Source: Leucoraja erinacea
Lineage: Eukaryota
Length of the DNA: 64,000 nucleotides
Reading direction: 5' to 3'
Assembly (NCBI RefSeq): GCF_028641065.1
Contig: NC_073381.1
Location: 84,134,001 to 84,198,000 of the forward strand
Shown here in pieces: positions 23,001-36,250 of the stretch. The first letter of the stretch is position 1. The number at the start of each line of letters is the position of its first letter. Position numbers and translations under genes: made by a program. The notes under the pieces are model-generated. The model was not told the origin of the DNA. It made no database searches and worked only from the letters and a program-made list of their open reading frames with translations.

Positions 23001-26000
23001 GGGGAGAGAGGGCCACGGTGGGACACACCATCTTCAGGCTTGGATCCACACAGGCCCACGCTACCTCGTGCCAGTGAACACAACAGGCACTGTGCACACA
23101 GGAGGTATGTCACAGCAAGGGCAGAGGGTTGTTTATTGTTGAATAGGTGGCCCTATTCAGAAGAACAAGCAGGGTCGCTCAGCTCCCACTTTACAGCGGT
23201 TATGCACACACGGGGCTAGGAACAAGTGTTGAGCCATCGCCAAAGCTTGGCCTTGAATGATTTGCTGGCCGACACAAGGGGGGAGGGCCTGGAGTTACGT
23301 GTACACCAGGCTGGGCACAGATAGCATTTCACCTCCACCAACACATCGAGACGCGTGGCAGTGTTCACCATTACCACTCGACACTAGGCTTTTATTTTAT
23401 TCCCCGAACGGAACCACTGCGGTTAGCCCTGTATCCTCTGGTTCATTGCCGTTACCCCACTTTACCAAATGGAGTTTACAGGCCACTCTGCCCTGTACTG
23501 TCTGCCCTGGAACAAGCAATGGTCATGAGGAGCATTGCAGAAGCGCGTCCTCACTCCTTCCCCTCCTTGTGCTCATCCAGCTTCCCCGGAAACACATGGG
23601 CCTCCTCAGGAGCTGTCGCCACTTCCTCACACTCGGGTCATAGAATCACGGTAGGTGCAGGAGTAGGCCATTCGAGCCAGCACCGCCATTCAATATGATC
23701 ATGGCTGATCAGGTCAGAGTCTCCTGAGTTTGCGACTGGTCCGCCAGAACCCCCCTCCCTGTGGCCCGCCCGCTCAGCTGCCGTCTCCCAGCCAGTTGCT
23801 GCCCGACCTCCAATATCTCACCGGGAGACCACACTGACCCGCACCCCAAGGTTGCAGGACATCCATTCCCACCTCAACATAAAGTCAAGAGGCTGCGATA
23901 CTGCCCTGTGAACGGCGGGGGAACAGGGTGTCACCTTACCTGGGCGACTGAGCAAACTGCTGGGCAGCTGTTACGGCGTCGTCACTGCTGGACACCAGCA
24001 GCGGCACCTTGTTGCACCCGGGCTGCTTCAAGACCATCTCCAGCTGTCTGACGGTGCGCTCAATGGTGCTCTTGGTGCACAGGTCCACTTTACTGATCAC
24101 AATGAAGAAGGGCACCTTGAGGGCCATGGCCAAGCCCAGGTGCTCCCGGGTGGTGCCAGCTACAGACACGAGAGATGACAGGGCTCACACAACCTCAGTC
24201 AGAATCACAATTGTTAATCAACAAGCCGGTAGCGAGGCAGAGGAGAGGATGTGAGGGGTGAACAATATGAGCAACATAGATAGGGTAGAGAGCAGCAAAC
24301 AGTTTCCCATGGCACAAATGGATGTTTTAGGTTAAGGAATTAGATTCATGGGGAAAATAATGAAGAATCTTTCCCTCCAGCGAATGCTTGGAGTTTAGAA
24401 CGCACTGGCTGCAGGGTGGTGGGTGCAGGAGGTCTGACGGCATTAATCTGGATGAGCTCTTGAATGACCAAGGCAGAGGGGATCAAGGCTAGGAAGTGGG
24501 ATTGGTATTGGTATCGATGGGAACATGGTTGGTATGGACATGGTGGCCAAAGTGCATGGTTCCTGATGATTAAGGTTCAGACTCGCTGGATGCAGGCCAG
24601 CAGCAGCAGCAGCAGCAGCACTGGATGCACCTTGGAGCGAGCATGGCACAGTGCAGGATAACCAGTGGTCCCAGCACACATGCTGCAGTGGGGGGAGGGG
24701 GATGACCCTCTCATCCGAACTCTCACCCTGTAGGGAGGTCACTGGGAAGTAGGAACAGGTTTGCACCCTGGAGAGCAGAGTCGGAGGGCTTTGCTTGAAG
24801 TCGCACCCATCAGGCCACTCCAGCACCAGTCGAGGGAAATTCATGCCTGCAGGGCCCAGTTGCTGTCTACAGACAGAGCCCCTCCACCCAGAGAGATTGC
24901 TTCACCGACGGGGTCACTGGGACGAGTTTCATCCAATCTCCACAACTAAACATATCTCTGCAGACCTCACTGGGCGAGGATCAAGAGCTGGTGATCACAT
25001 GAATTGTTGGTGGGGCTGCACTTGGTAATATGTTGCTCGGTTTTGGTGACCCTCTTAAAGGAGAGATGCCATTAAGCTGGAAAGAGTGCAGAGAAGATTT
25101 GTGAAGATGTTGCCAGGACTCGAGGGGGTGAGCTATAAGGAAAGGTTAGGCAGGCTAGGACTTTATTCCTTGAAGCTCAGGAGGCTGAGGGTTGATTGTA
25201 TAGAGATGCATTAATCATGGGAAGTTTAGATAGGATGAATGCACAGTCTTTTCCCCAGGCAATCAAGAACAAATCAAGAAGTCGAGGGCTGAAGAAGGGA
25301 CTCGACGCAAAACGTCACCCATTCCTTCCCTCCAGAGATGCTGCCTGTCCCGCTGAGTTATTCCAGCATTTTGTGTCTACCTTTGATTTAAACCAGTATC
25401 TGCAGTTCTTTCTTACACAAGAACTGGAGGGCATTGGCTTGTAAGTGAGAGGGGAAAGACTTAATAGAAACTCAAGGAGGGAAACTTTTTGCACATGGAG
25501 GATGGTGGGTATATGGAATGAGCTTCCACAGAACGTATTTGAGGCAGGTACAATAATACATGTAAATAACATTTGGACAGGAGCATGGATAGGAAAGGTG
25601 GAGATGGTTATGGACCAGGGGCGGGCAAAGTGGGACCAGCTTGGATGGGGCATCTTGGTCGGCCGAAGCTGTCACTTGGTGCCCAGTACTGCCTCCACTC
25701 CCACCTTCCACCACCAAAGCCCAATTTTGGCAAAACATACATACCTATGCCCGTGTTGGCACTGACAACAAGCATGGCAAAGTCGGGGCAGTAGCTGGTG
25801 AGACCAAAGATGGTGGTCTTCAGGTACTTGTGGTGTCCTGCCAAGTCGATGAAAGTGATCATTTTGGAGGCACTTTCACAGATGACCTCTGCTGTGCGCG
25901 AGTCGCTGTAATTTACCACCTTCAGAGAGGGACAACAGAGGGTTACAACACGGAGACCCCAGTCTGAGCCCGACACTAACACAGGTGAGGAATCTCAGAT

Positions 26001-29000
26001 TTAAGGTTCAGTCTATCCAGATCCCAATACTGGGACTCATGGCTGGGAATGGGACCCTATTTACTATCCAGTGAGTTGAGCTGAGATGCGATATCCCATC
26101 TCCATTCACCAGCACTAACTGCCACCTGCTTGCAAACAACAAGGGTGGTTGGAGTCTGGAACGCACTGCTCGAGGGGTGGACGCAACTTTAAACAAGTAT
26201 ATGGACTCACACTTGAATTAACAATGCGTAGAAGGCGATGGACCAACTGCTTGTAAATGCAGTCAGTGTGTAGATGGGTGCTTATTGGTCAGCATAGATG
26301 TGGTGGGCCAAAGGGCATGTGCTGACTAGGCCAATAGAACTGAGAGTCCATTCAATGCATTGTACTACCCTTCCCCCACCAATGATGGGAGGGATAACAC
26401 TTGCCTGATGTTCCCATTCTCCACCCTGCAAATGTTTGCAGGACGTTTCATCAGGACCCTCCTGAATCCCCAGCCCCAACCCACTGGTAGGCAGCAAGGG
26501 TTTGAATGGCCATCCCAGCAGCCCCATGCTTCACCACGGGGCCGGGAAGGATGGCAGCACTTCCACAGGGTCGCGGTCCAGATGCGAGCTTCTACAGGCC
26601 AGGGAGGTGGGGTGGAGGATCTACCTCTCCTTTGCTGTTGAATCCCAGGATCTCGAAGCTGATGCTGGATGTGCGGCCTGACTGGATCTCATGCAGGTGC
26701 CTGAAGAGGTTGAGCCGTGCTCTGCCGCGCCCGTTATCCAGCTCGCCCTGCGTCAGGACCCCCAGCAGGGTTGACTTCCCGGAGTCCACGTTCCCGAGGA
26801 CAGCCACTCGCAGGTCGAGGAACTGCAGGGAAATGCAGGGCACAGATTACACCCACTAGACCCGCCGTGCACCAACCTCCCCCAGTGTGCAATCACAGCC
26901 CGACTCAGCACAGCCGCGCCACACCTTCCTGCCCACCCCGCACCACGACAGCATACACCCTTCACTCAGCTGCAAACTCCTATCTTCAGACATGCCATTC
27001 AGTCCATCGTGCCCGTGCCAGCTCCATAGGCCTGTCAATCCCATAGCAAGATATTAACTGGTTCTTTTACGTGATCATTGACGACCAGCTAAATGCTTCC
27101 ATTATTCTCGGATTTCTAGCACCTGCTGTCTGACATCTTTAGATCTTGGATGAGGTCCCTTGCAGCGTGTCAGGCCCTGCTCTCCAGCACCCGGTTACAG
27201 TGCAAACATCCCACTCATTCCAAGCCTTCCACAATCAGCTGGCCCGTTGCATCCATGGTGCATTCAGCTCCTGGGGACCACCCACTTTACGAGTGGACCC
27301 TTCAGCGAGGGACCCGCTCCTGCTGGTGGAGAAGATACCCACCAGCAAGGTCAACAGGCAGAGAACAATGTGCCCTACATATGACCAATTCGGGGAGCAA
27401 GCATGATTCAGTGGGGCCTGGGTCCAGAACAAGTGAGGGAAGCAGCCCTGGGCCATACCTGTTGGTCATCAGGAACTTTCCGAATCAAAACCTCAGCAAT
27501 CCGTCGGGGGGAGTCTACGTCATAGGCAACGTTGCACTCCCGCAGAATCGTGATGTCCGCTCCCACCCTGCACACAAAACAAACAGCACTCAGTTATAGC
27601 AAGCCAGCGCACACTGCACTGGGTACTGACCTCCTCGGTGGGGTCTATTGCTGGACCCCCCCCTCCCTCAGCCCACACGACTGCCCAGAGGGAGTGAGCC
27701 CACATACTTCTCTGCCATCCTGCGCAGGGTTTTGAGTGAGGCCTTGAGCTCGTCCTCGGACAGCCCCACCAACAGACCGTTGTCCTCCACCCCGATCTGA
27801 TAAACAGCCTCGCCGCGGCCTTCCTGGAGACGCCACTTCATCTGTGTGACCAGGTGTTCAAAGCGGTACTGCGACGGATTGACCAGCTTCAGCTGAGGAG
27901 GCAAAGCATACATTACTAGGGCAGCCAGAAATAAACGGAGGAGCACCAACATGCAACTCAATTCAGCAGTCAGACTCCTGCAGCCCTGCAAACATTTCCA
28001 CCACGAGTACAAGCTCATTCTGTAGATGATCTACAAATGGGCACCATCCCCATCAACACACCTCAACTCTACCTATACCCATGCCCACACTGTACACAGA
28101 CATCCATCTCCCCTCTCTCGACACAGCCTCCTCAGCCCAAACTCATGAGACCACATGGGTAGAAACAATGAATCAAAATAGGGGGTGCTTACAAAAGGTG
28201 CCAGAGGGAGAGGGTGCAGCTAATTTCAGAGGAGAGACAATAACCACATAACACTCACAACGGAAACTTGTGTTAGCAGTAGGAAGGATATAGAATCTGC
28301 AGAACTTTTGTAATTAATTCAAGAATGTTGTCATGTCAACAAATGTGAGCAGGCTCTGACACTTATTTTAATTCAGGTAGCTATTTGCCTGTCAAGCTGC
28401 GCCTCTTCCACCGGTGGCTGCTGCCAATCCTGTCCCCCAGCACCAGTTTCCAGTGCTGTCTACACATTCCTTGATCTGGTTAGAAGCTGACGTTCCATCA
28501 ATCTCCCAGCTGCTACAGCCATTCTGGTAACAGTTTGGAAGATTCACCAGCCTCTGGGTGAAGGAGTTTCTTCTCAGCTCTGTCCTGAATGGCTGACTCC
28601 TCCTTTATATGTGCACCCGAATCTGGACCACGCTGGGAAAACAACTCAGCATCTACCCTGTCAAGTACTGTGTGCGTTTCAATTGGATCATTGCACGGTC
28701 ACCAAACACACAGTGCCTAATCTCAGCTGCTAAAATGGCGAGACGGATGTCAGGGATTATGGGGGTGGAGGAAGGAGAATGGGGCTGAGAGGGAAAGATA
28801 GATCAGCCAGGATTGAATGGCGGAGTAGACTGGATGGGCCGTATGGCCTAATTCTGCTCCAAGAACTGATGAACATGGACTTACCTTATACTCGATGTTT
28901 CCTTCTTCTGCCTGTAAAAAAAAGGGAAGCAAGAGTCAAGAGTGTTTTATTGTCATATGTCCCAGATAGAACAATGCAATTCTTACTTGCTGCAGCACAA

Positions 29001-32000
29001 CAGAATATGTAAACATAGTATAATATTGATAAACGAGAGAGAAAAGAAACGGTCAGTGTGTATAGATATACACACACACACTCACACTCAAAAAACAAAC
29101 AAAATAGTGCCATAATAATAGTCTATTGTAGTTCAGATGAGGTTGTAGTGTTTAATAGCCTGATGGCTGAAGATTTCCATAGGTCACTAGCACTGAACAT
29201 CTCCGTCAAAACAAAAATCCCCGAGTGTAGCCATTCCCACAATAATCACTTCCACAGAGCAACAATGAGAGGCCCCTGGTGAATTTGTTACACAGCCAGC
29301 ACTGGGACTTCATTCAACTTGGGTGAGTAAATTAAAAGGTTCAATGTAGAATGTTCAAAGGGCTGAGGTCAGGCCACAGAGGCAACAACAACCTCCACTC
29401 CAGGCTCAGACACGGGTACCGAGCTGTGCAGAAGATGATGGTCATTATGCAGGTTTAACTAACTCAGTATACGGAGCTGGGTTATTGATGCATGGTCTTG
29501 ACCTGTGCAGCAAATGCCAAAGAGAAAGAGAGTGGGCACCAGGGCAGCATGAAAGGAATGACTGACAAATGCAGACACAATGGCAAGAGAAGAGGTAATT
29601 GCGGGAGGACAATCAACTTCTTTCTGGATGAGCAAAGGTAAACCTTGCTAACCACCTGTTGTGAAGTAATACGAGTTGTTGCCGGAAGTTCAAGTTACAC
29701 ATTAGTTCCCAGTTTTGTAACACAGCTGATTACTCATAGACACACATTTATTCCCAATGTTCTAACAAAGATGATGATTTGTTCCTGCCAACAGGGCCAT
29801 CTTTCACTGCCCACATGAATCTGACTGTGAACAACTGACTCCAAAGGTCCCAGGGATCAAAACTATGATTTACAGTGCTGGACTGCATGTTCTTCCTAGT
29901 CTCCCCCCACTCGGACATTCAGGTGGTGACCAACAGGCCGGGACACCATGGCCAACCTCGGAATGAGATCATCGAGCCCGGTCAGAGCAGGGCAGGGGAC
30001 AGGGCCGTGACCAACACGACTCATGGGTGCACACATGTCCATTGCCCCCTCCCCTCCCCAAGGTCACTTAGGCGCAGGGACACCTTGCCGACAGGTCCCA
30101 AACACTCAGAGACGACGGAAGCAGCTGTACAGCAAGGTAGCGGAACAAAGGTCAGCTCGAGCAAATAAACCACAGGTGATAGAAATCAAAAATAAACTGC
30201 GATTGCTGTAAGCATTAAGCATGCGAGGTTGCACCCGTGGAGAGAGATAGCAACAAGGATCAATGCCTTGAGTTCAGGACCCTGGAAAATAGAGAATAAG
30301 CATTGGGGTAGGAGAGAAAAACCAATGATAGGGTGCCCAGGTTACAAATACTTCAAATCCCAACAGTTAGCAACAGAAGTGAAACAAAACGGGATGGTCA
30401 TCTAACTAATTTGCATCCTGCACTCAAATTCACTTGGACCATCTCCGACATCTCCCTACCGTTTCTAGATCTCACCATCTCTATCACGTGAGACAGACTA
30501 TTGACCGACATCTGTTACAAACCCACTGACTCCCAAGGCTATCTAGACTACACTTCTTCCCACCGTGCTTCCTGTAAAGACTCTATCTCCTACTCCCAAT
30601 TCTTCAGCCTACGCCGCAACAGTGCCCAGGATGAGGTTTTCCATAGCAGGACATCGGAGAGGTCCTCATTCTTTAGGGAACGGGGGTTCCCCTCGTCCAT
30701 TATAGATGAGGCTCACTAGGGTCAATATCCCACATCCCCGCTCTTCCTCCCCCTTCTCCCATTCGTAACAAGGACAGAATCCCCCTTGTCCTCACCTTCC
30801 ACCCAATCAGCCGTCACATCCAACATTTTCACCACCTCCAATGGGATCCCACTACTGGCCACATCTTCCCATCTCCACCCCTTTCTGCTTACCGCAGAGA
30901 CCGCTCCCTGGTCAACTCGTCCCTTCCCACCCAGACCACCCCCTCCCCAGGTACTTTCCCCTGCAACCGCAGGAGATGCAACACCTGTCCCTTTTCCTCC
31001 CCCCTCAACTCCATCCAAGGACCCCGACAGTCTTTTCAGGTGGGGCAGAGGTTCACTTGCAACTCCTCCAACCTCATCTACTGTATCCACTGTTCCAGGT
31101 GTCAACTCCTGTACATCGGCAAGACCAAGCGCAGGCTCGGTGATAGTTTCGCTGAACACCCCCGCTCAGTCCTCCTTAACCTACCTGATCTCCCGGTTGC
31201 TCAGCACTTTAACTCCCCCTCCCAATCTGCCCTTTCTGTCCTGGGCCTCATCCATTGTCCAAGTGAGGCCCAGTGCAAATTGGAGGAACAGCACCTCGTA
31301 TTTCACTTGGGTAGTTTACACCCCAGTGGTATGAACATTGACTTCTACATCCCCTCCCCCCTTCCCAGTTCTCCCACCAGTCTTACTGCCTATGACTACA
31401 TTTTATCTCTGGCCCACCCACTCCCCTGACATCAGTCTGAAGAAGGGCCACAACCCGAAAGGTCACCCATTCCTTCTCTCCAGAGATGCTGCCTGTTCTG
31501 CTGAGTTACTCCAGCATTTTGTGTCTACCACCAGAGGGGCAATTTGTATGTGATGCCAGAGAAAATGGGGCAATGTCTTACATGAATACCTCTCAGCAGG
31601 TCAGGCAGCATCTGTGGAAGGAATGGATAGATGACATATTGAGTCGAAACCCTTCTTCCAACTGATCATCAGACTGGCAGTCTGAAGAAGGGTCTTGACC
31701 TGAAATGTCACCTATTCCTTCGCTCCATAGATGCTGACTCACCCGCTGAGTTTCTCCAGCATTTTTGTCTACCGTCAATCTGAAGACAGTCAGTCTTGAC
31801 ACTTTACCTGATCTGCCCATTCCCTTCACAAATGTTGCCTGATCTGCCGAGTTCCTCCTCCAGCACTGTTTTTTGCTCAAGACTGCAGCATCTGCAGTTT
31901 CTCGTTCGAGAATGCAGGGCAGGGATGGTGACATTCTTGAACAAATTATCATCAAAACTTCAAAGGGGTTCCACTTCCTGCTCTCCCTTTAAACAGGTTT

Positions 32001-34588
32001 GTTGGAAAGTTTATCATTGGAAAAAAAATATTTAAAGGGTGTGAACCGACTAGCATGCAATAGCCTAGAAAATCTGCTAATCCGGCAAAGTCCCAAATGT
32101 CCAGAATTTTGGGAATTTCACTGTATTTCTCTAAATGCCTGCCACTACAGGCCCATTAGTTTCCAGCCAGCCTCTCCCTCACACCTTCATTTATTGAAAA
32201 TCCAGACTTGGGATTGAACTACTTCACACACATAAAAAAGTCATATAACAGTCACTCATTCATAGGGAACCTTTCACGTTACATAATGCTAGATCCGAAA
32301 TAGCTTTTTCCTGGTCAGCTCCGCAACAGTCTGATCTGGAGATCTCTCATCATTCCAGGAGTTTATCCTCTACATTTCCAGGAGTATTTGGCATTGTCCA
32401 TTACACTCCCCCTCCAGTAAAAGCCTCCTTCATTACTACATTACTTGAACCTCATATTCCCTAACTTACATAGTGCGTCACATCACCTCTATAGTTCAGT
32501 CAAATAACTCCCCTGCTGATCCAAGATCTGTACAACTCCCTTGTTCACAGCATTACCCCTACCTCCTTTTTTTTATTACCAGTCTTTGTTAAATACTAAA
32601 TGCCCTGGAATATTAGGATTCCCCTATTACAGCAGTAATAAAAAATCAAATTATACTCATTTACCAGTAATTCCTCAACGGAGGTGCTCATTCAACATCC
32701 ATTAGACACAATGCATTTGAATTTGCCCCTAAATCTGTCTTAATCCCGGCTGCTGATTGTTTTGTTTTCACAGCATAAATATTTTACTTACCACATTTCT
32801 CTTATTTATAAACAATAGACTAAAGGAGCAGGAATAGGCCATTCGGCCATTCGAGCCAGCACCGCCATTCAATGCGATCATGGCTGATCATCCACAATCA
32901 GTACCCCGTTCCCGCCTTCTCTCCTGCCTAACTCTGTTATCCCAAAGAGTTCTATCTAATTCTCTCTTGAAAGCATCCAGAGAACCAGCCTTCATCGCCC
33001 TCCGAGGCAGAGAAATCTACACACTCACAACTGTGTGAAAACGTTTTTCCTCATTTCCGTTCTAAATGGTTTACCACTTATTCTTAAACTATGGCCCCTG
33101 GTTCTGGACCTCCCCAACATTGGGAACATGTTTCCTGCCTCTAGCGTATCCAAACCCTTAATAATCTTATATTTTTCAATAAGATGCCCTCTCATCCTTC
33201 TAAATTCCAGAGTATACAGGCCCAGCCACTTCATTCTATCAACATATGACAGTCCCGCCATCCTGGGAATTAACCTCGTGAACCTACGCTGCATTCCCTC
33301 AATAGCAAGAATGTCCTTCCTCAAATTAGGGGACCAACACTGCACACAATACTCCAGGTGTGGTCTCACTAAGGCCCTGTACAACTGCAGGAGGACCTCT
33401 TTACTCCTATACTCAACTCCTCTTGTTATGGAGGCCAACATGTCATTCAGTTTCTTCACTGCCTGCTGTACCTGCATGCTTACTTTCAGTGACTGATGAA
33501 CAAGTACCCCCAGATCCCGTTGTACTTCTCCTTTCCCAACTTGACACCATTTAGATAATAATCTGCATTCCTGTTTTTGCCACCAAAGTGAATAACCTCA
33601 CATTTATCCACATTAAACTTAGTTTTGTTTCTCGGCATACTGACCCGCTGTCTAGTTCCCATCCCACAGCTGACCTACTTTAACTACTCCTGAGGTCCTC
33701 CCTCACTGTTGTAGCAGTTGAAGGATTCTTCACCCATCACTGTACCCCACAGACCACAACTCAAAGCCACGACTCTCAACCAACCTCTGGACCCGGCCAA
33801 TCTGTGGAATCCATTGACACAGACGGATAAGTCAGTGGACATGTTTAAGGCGGCAATTGTCAGATTCTTGATTGGTAAAGGGTTATGATTGATTGGATTA
33901 TGGGAAGAAGGCAGGAGAATGGGGTTGAGTGGGAAAAGTAGATCTGCCATGATTGAACTTGACGGGCCGAATGGCCGAATTGTGCTCATCCAATTTATGA
34001 ACATGAACCCAGCCCCATCATTGGACGGTGGTTGCATCATCCTTCACCGCCCACTCGCATCTTCCAGGCACCAGTAACCTCACTACCTGTCCCTCAGACC
34101 ACGGCCACAACCCTCCTCATGTCTCTCTCTTCACCCCCTCAGCCCTCCTCTATCCCTCTCCCACCTCCCTCTCAATCCATCCCTCCTTCTCGCCCTCGCC
34201 CCCCCCTCTCTCTCCCCTCGGTGTCTCTCACCTCGGGCGGCAGGAAGGGCGGGTTGTTGCGGCCCCGCGGTCGACTCTTTGCCTTCTTGTGCCCGGTCTT
34301 GATCGTCGCGCTGCTTTTGCCCCTCTGAGATGGACAGGGCGCCGGAGATGCGCCGGTGGAACCGGAGCCGGGAGTTGGGGCGGATGTCAGGCTGCGGCCG
34401 GAGGACACTCTCGCCAGGCCAGCGCCGCGACTGCGTCCGGCCGGTACCCGGGCCGGGGCCGGGGCCGGGGCCGGGGCCGAGGGTGGCCGCACTGAACCGC
34501 GGCCCGGGATCGGGGCCGGGGTCGGGCTCCCCGCCCCTGCCCCGGGGCCCGGGACACCCCCAAACAGCTCGCTCATCCGCGGCTCCAT
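20003..34588 (-). CDS. GTPBP2: GTP-binding protein 2 (translational GTPase, ribosome rescue), 12 exons, 651 aa
   Basis: Exons in transcript order: 34588-34232, 28911-28885, 27892-27708, 27567-27459, 26822-26625, 25919-25745, 24159-23940, 22836-22701, 22118-22060, 21373-21202, 20785-20621, 20155-20003; total 1956 nt, phases consistent. Start [11 protein letters not shown] in Kozak context gccATGG; NNPPFLPPE|AEEGNIEYK; G1 GNVDSGKS, G3 DLAG, G4 SKVD; C-terminal [15 protein letters not shown]. Confidence 0.97.
30405..31530 (+). mobile_element. Penelope-like retroelement 3' fragment (RT end, GIY-YIG endonuclease, terminal hammerhead-like motif)
   Basis: '[16 protein letters not shown]...SISYSQF' and '[36 protein letters not shown]'; frameshifted; terminus ctgaagaaggg...cccgaaaggtcacc. 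Confidence 0.88.
32815..33620 (-). mobile_element. CR1 LINE 3' fragment
   Basis: ORF 33025-33477 '[41 protein letters not shown]...' plus the CR1 tail. Confidence 0.9.
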
Positions 34589-34639
34589 GGCAACAGGCCC
34601 CGCGCTGCCACTCAAACACCAACTGTCGCCCAACGGCCG

Positions 34640-34925
34640 AGCATTGCGCCTGCGCAGCCTCCGCCGTCTACCCCACCAAAACACACATCACTGCGCCTGC
34701 GCGGACCCCCTCCCCCCCGACAAAAACACACATCACTGCGCCTGCGCGGATCTGGACAAAACACACATCACTGCGCCTGCGCGGATCTGGACAAAACACA
34801 CATCACTGCGCCTGCGTGGACCTGGACCAAAACACACATCACTGCGGACCCCGATTGCCAACACAAATGCTTATTGCGCGTGCGCGGTTACCCCCCCTCC
34901 CTGGCCATCCACACGCGCATGCGTC
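34640..34925 (-). promoter_or_regulatory. GTPBP2 CpG-island promoter with tandem repeats carrying NRF1-like GCGC-N-TGCGC motifs
   Basis: Unit 'caaaacacacatcactgcgcctgcgcgga' repeated 4-5 times directly upstream of the ATG, plus tgcgcctgcgca, tgcgcgtgcgc and cgcgcatgcg. Confidence 0.65.
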
Positions 34926-35483
34926 CAGCAGGATCACTGCGGCTGCAGGAGGGCGCTCGGTGCTGGAGTCGCCCTGGGGGCATGGAGACCATGTTCTCCA
35001 CAGATGCTGCCAGACCCTACCCGCTGAATTAATCCAACACTGTGAATGTTTGTACCCCCGCCCCACTATTCCCCCTCACCTTCACCTCTTCCCCCCTCCG
35101 TACGCTCATCTCCAATCCCCGAATTTCTCTTCCCCCCCCCCCCGACCTTTCCACCCACACTCCTCCGTCCCGCTTTACATTCACTCCTCTTTGTCTGACA
35201 CCCTATGTTTCCTTTCCACCCCGAGCCTTTGTCACTTACTCCACCCACCTAACAATCAACCCCTTCATCTGTACCCACAGTCTCTTGCTCATAGTAGGGG
35301 AATTGAGGACCAGAGGACGTGGGTTCAAGGTGAAGGGGAAAGATTTAATAGGAAACTTTTTCGCACAAAGGGTGGTGGGTGTATGGAACAAGCTGCCAGA
35401 GGAGGTTGTTGAGGTAGGGACTATTGCAATGTTTAAGAAACAATTAGCCAGGTACATGGATAAGACAGGTTTAGAGGGATATG

Positions 35484-36250
35484 CAAAAAGAAAATGCTAA
35501 ATTTATCATTAAAAAAATCTCCAAACTTACGAGTGGTGTGTGGAAAAGTAAGTTTTCTATCATAAGCTATTGTGATATATTTTGGCAAATAATAAAATGT
35601 CCTGACAGCTTAAACACCCATTCCCTTTCAAAAATATTGTCAATTTGCTGAGATTGATTATAGCCGATTAACAGCTAACAATTATGCCATTCCTTGGCTT
35701 GCATCTGAGTAAAATGTAATTCAAAACCCACGTATGGTTTACGATTTTTTTTTTAAATGGTAAATTTAGCTTCAGAAGCATTTTCTTTTTGCATGCAAAA
35801 ACCCACTTGAGAACCATGGGCAAATTTAAAATTTTACAGGCAGATTTATCATTTCTGAAACTTAGATGCCAAAGGAATCAAGAAAAAACACAATGCCTTA
35901 CTTTTGATGAAATGCAGTGAGCAAACGCGATAATTCCCAATATTTTCAATCTTGATATCTGCATGGCCAATGTTCACCAACCACTTTAGCTGTTGTTGTC
36001 CCTTCAGCAGTCGCTTCTCTCCACCATCATTTCTTCTCACTTTTGGAATTCTGAAGTAGGATAGATGTCTCCCATGGTTACCCCGATTTCCACAATTATT
36101 TACAGTGCAGAAATTGACCATTTCGGCGGTTTTTAACAGGTAAGAAAGTACGCGTTTCGTGTATGCCGGAAGCTGCCTATGTCCTCCACATAGATTGAGC
36201 TGCTCCGTGCGTCACGCTCTTTGACGCGATTACCTTACGTGCAGTCCCCC
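35484..36250 (-). mobile_element. Truncated DNA transposon with a THAP zinc-finger exon (36121-35902)
   Basis: MVNFCTVNNC...FRIP...KW...RVCSLHF is a C2CH THAP signature, followed by an A|GTAAG donor. The AT-rich insert interrupts a CR1-type tail (ttagagggatatg / tatggaccaagcgc). Confidence 0.75.

Noticed and set aside
34330-35412. 360-aa plus-strand ORF as a MAD2L1BP candidate
   Set aside because: It is composed of antisense GTPBP2 exon 1, tandem repeat and CR1 sequence, with no p31comet-like motifs.
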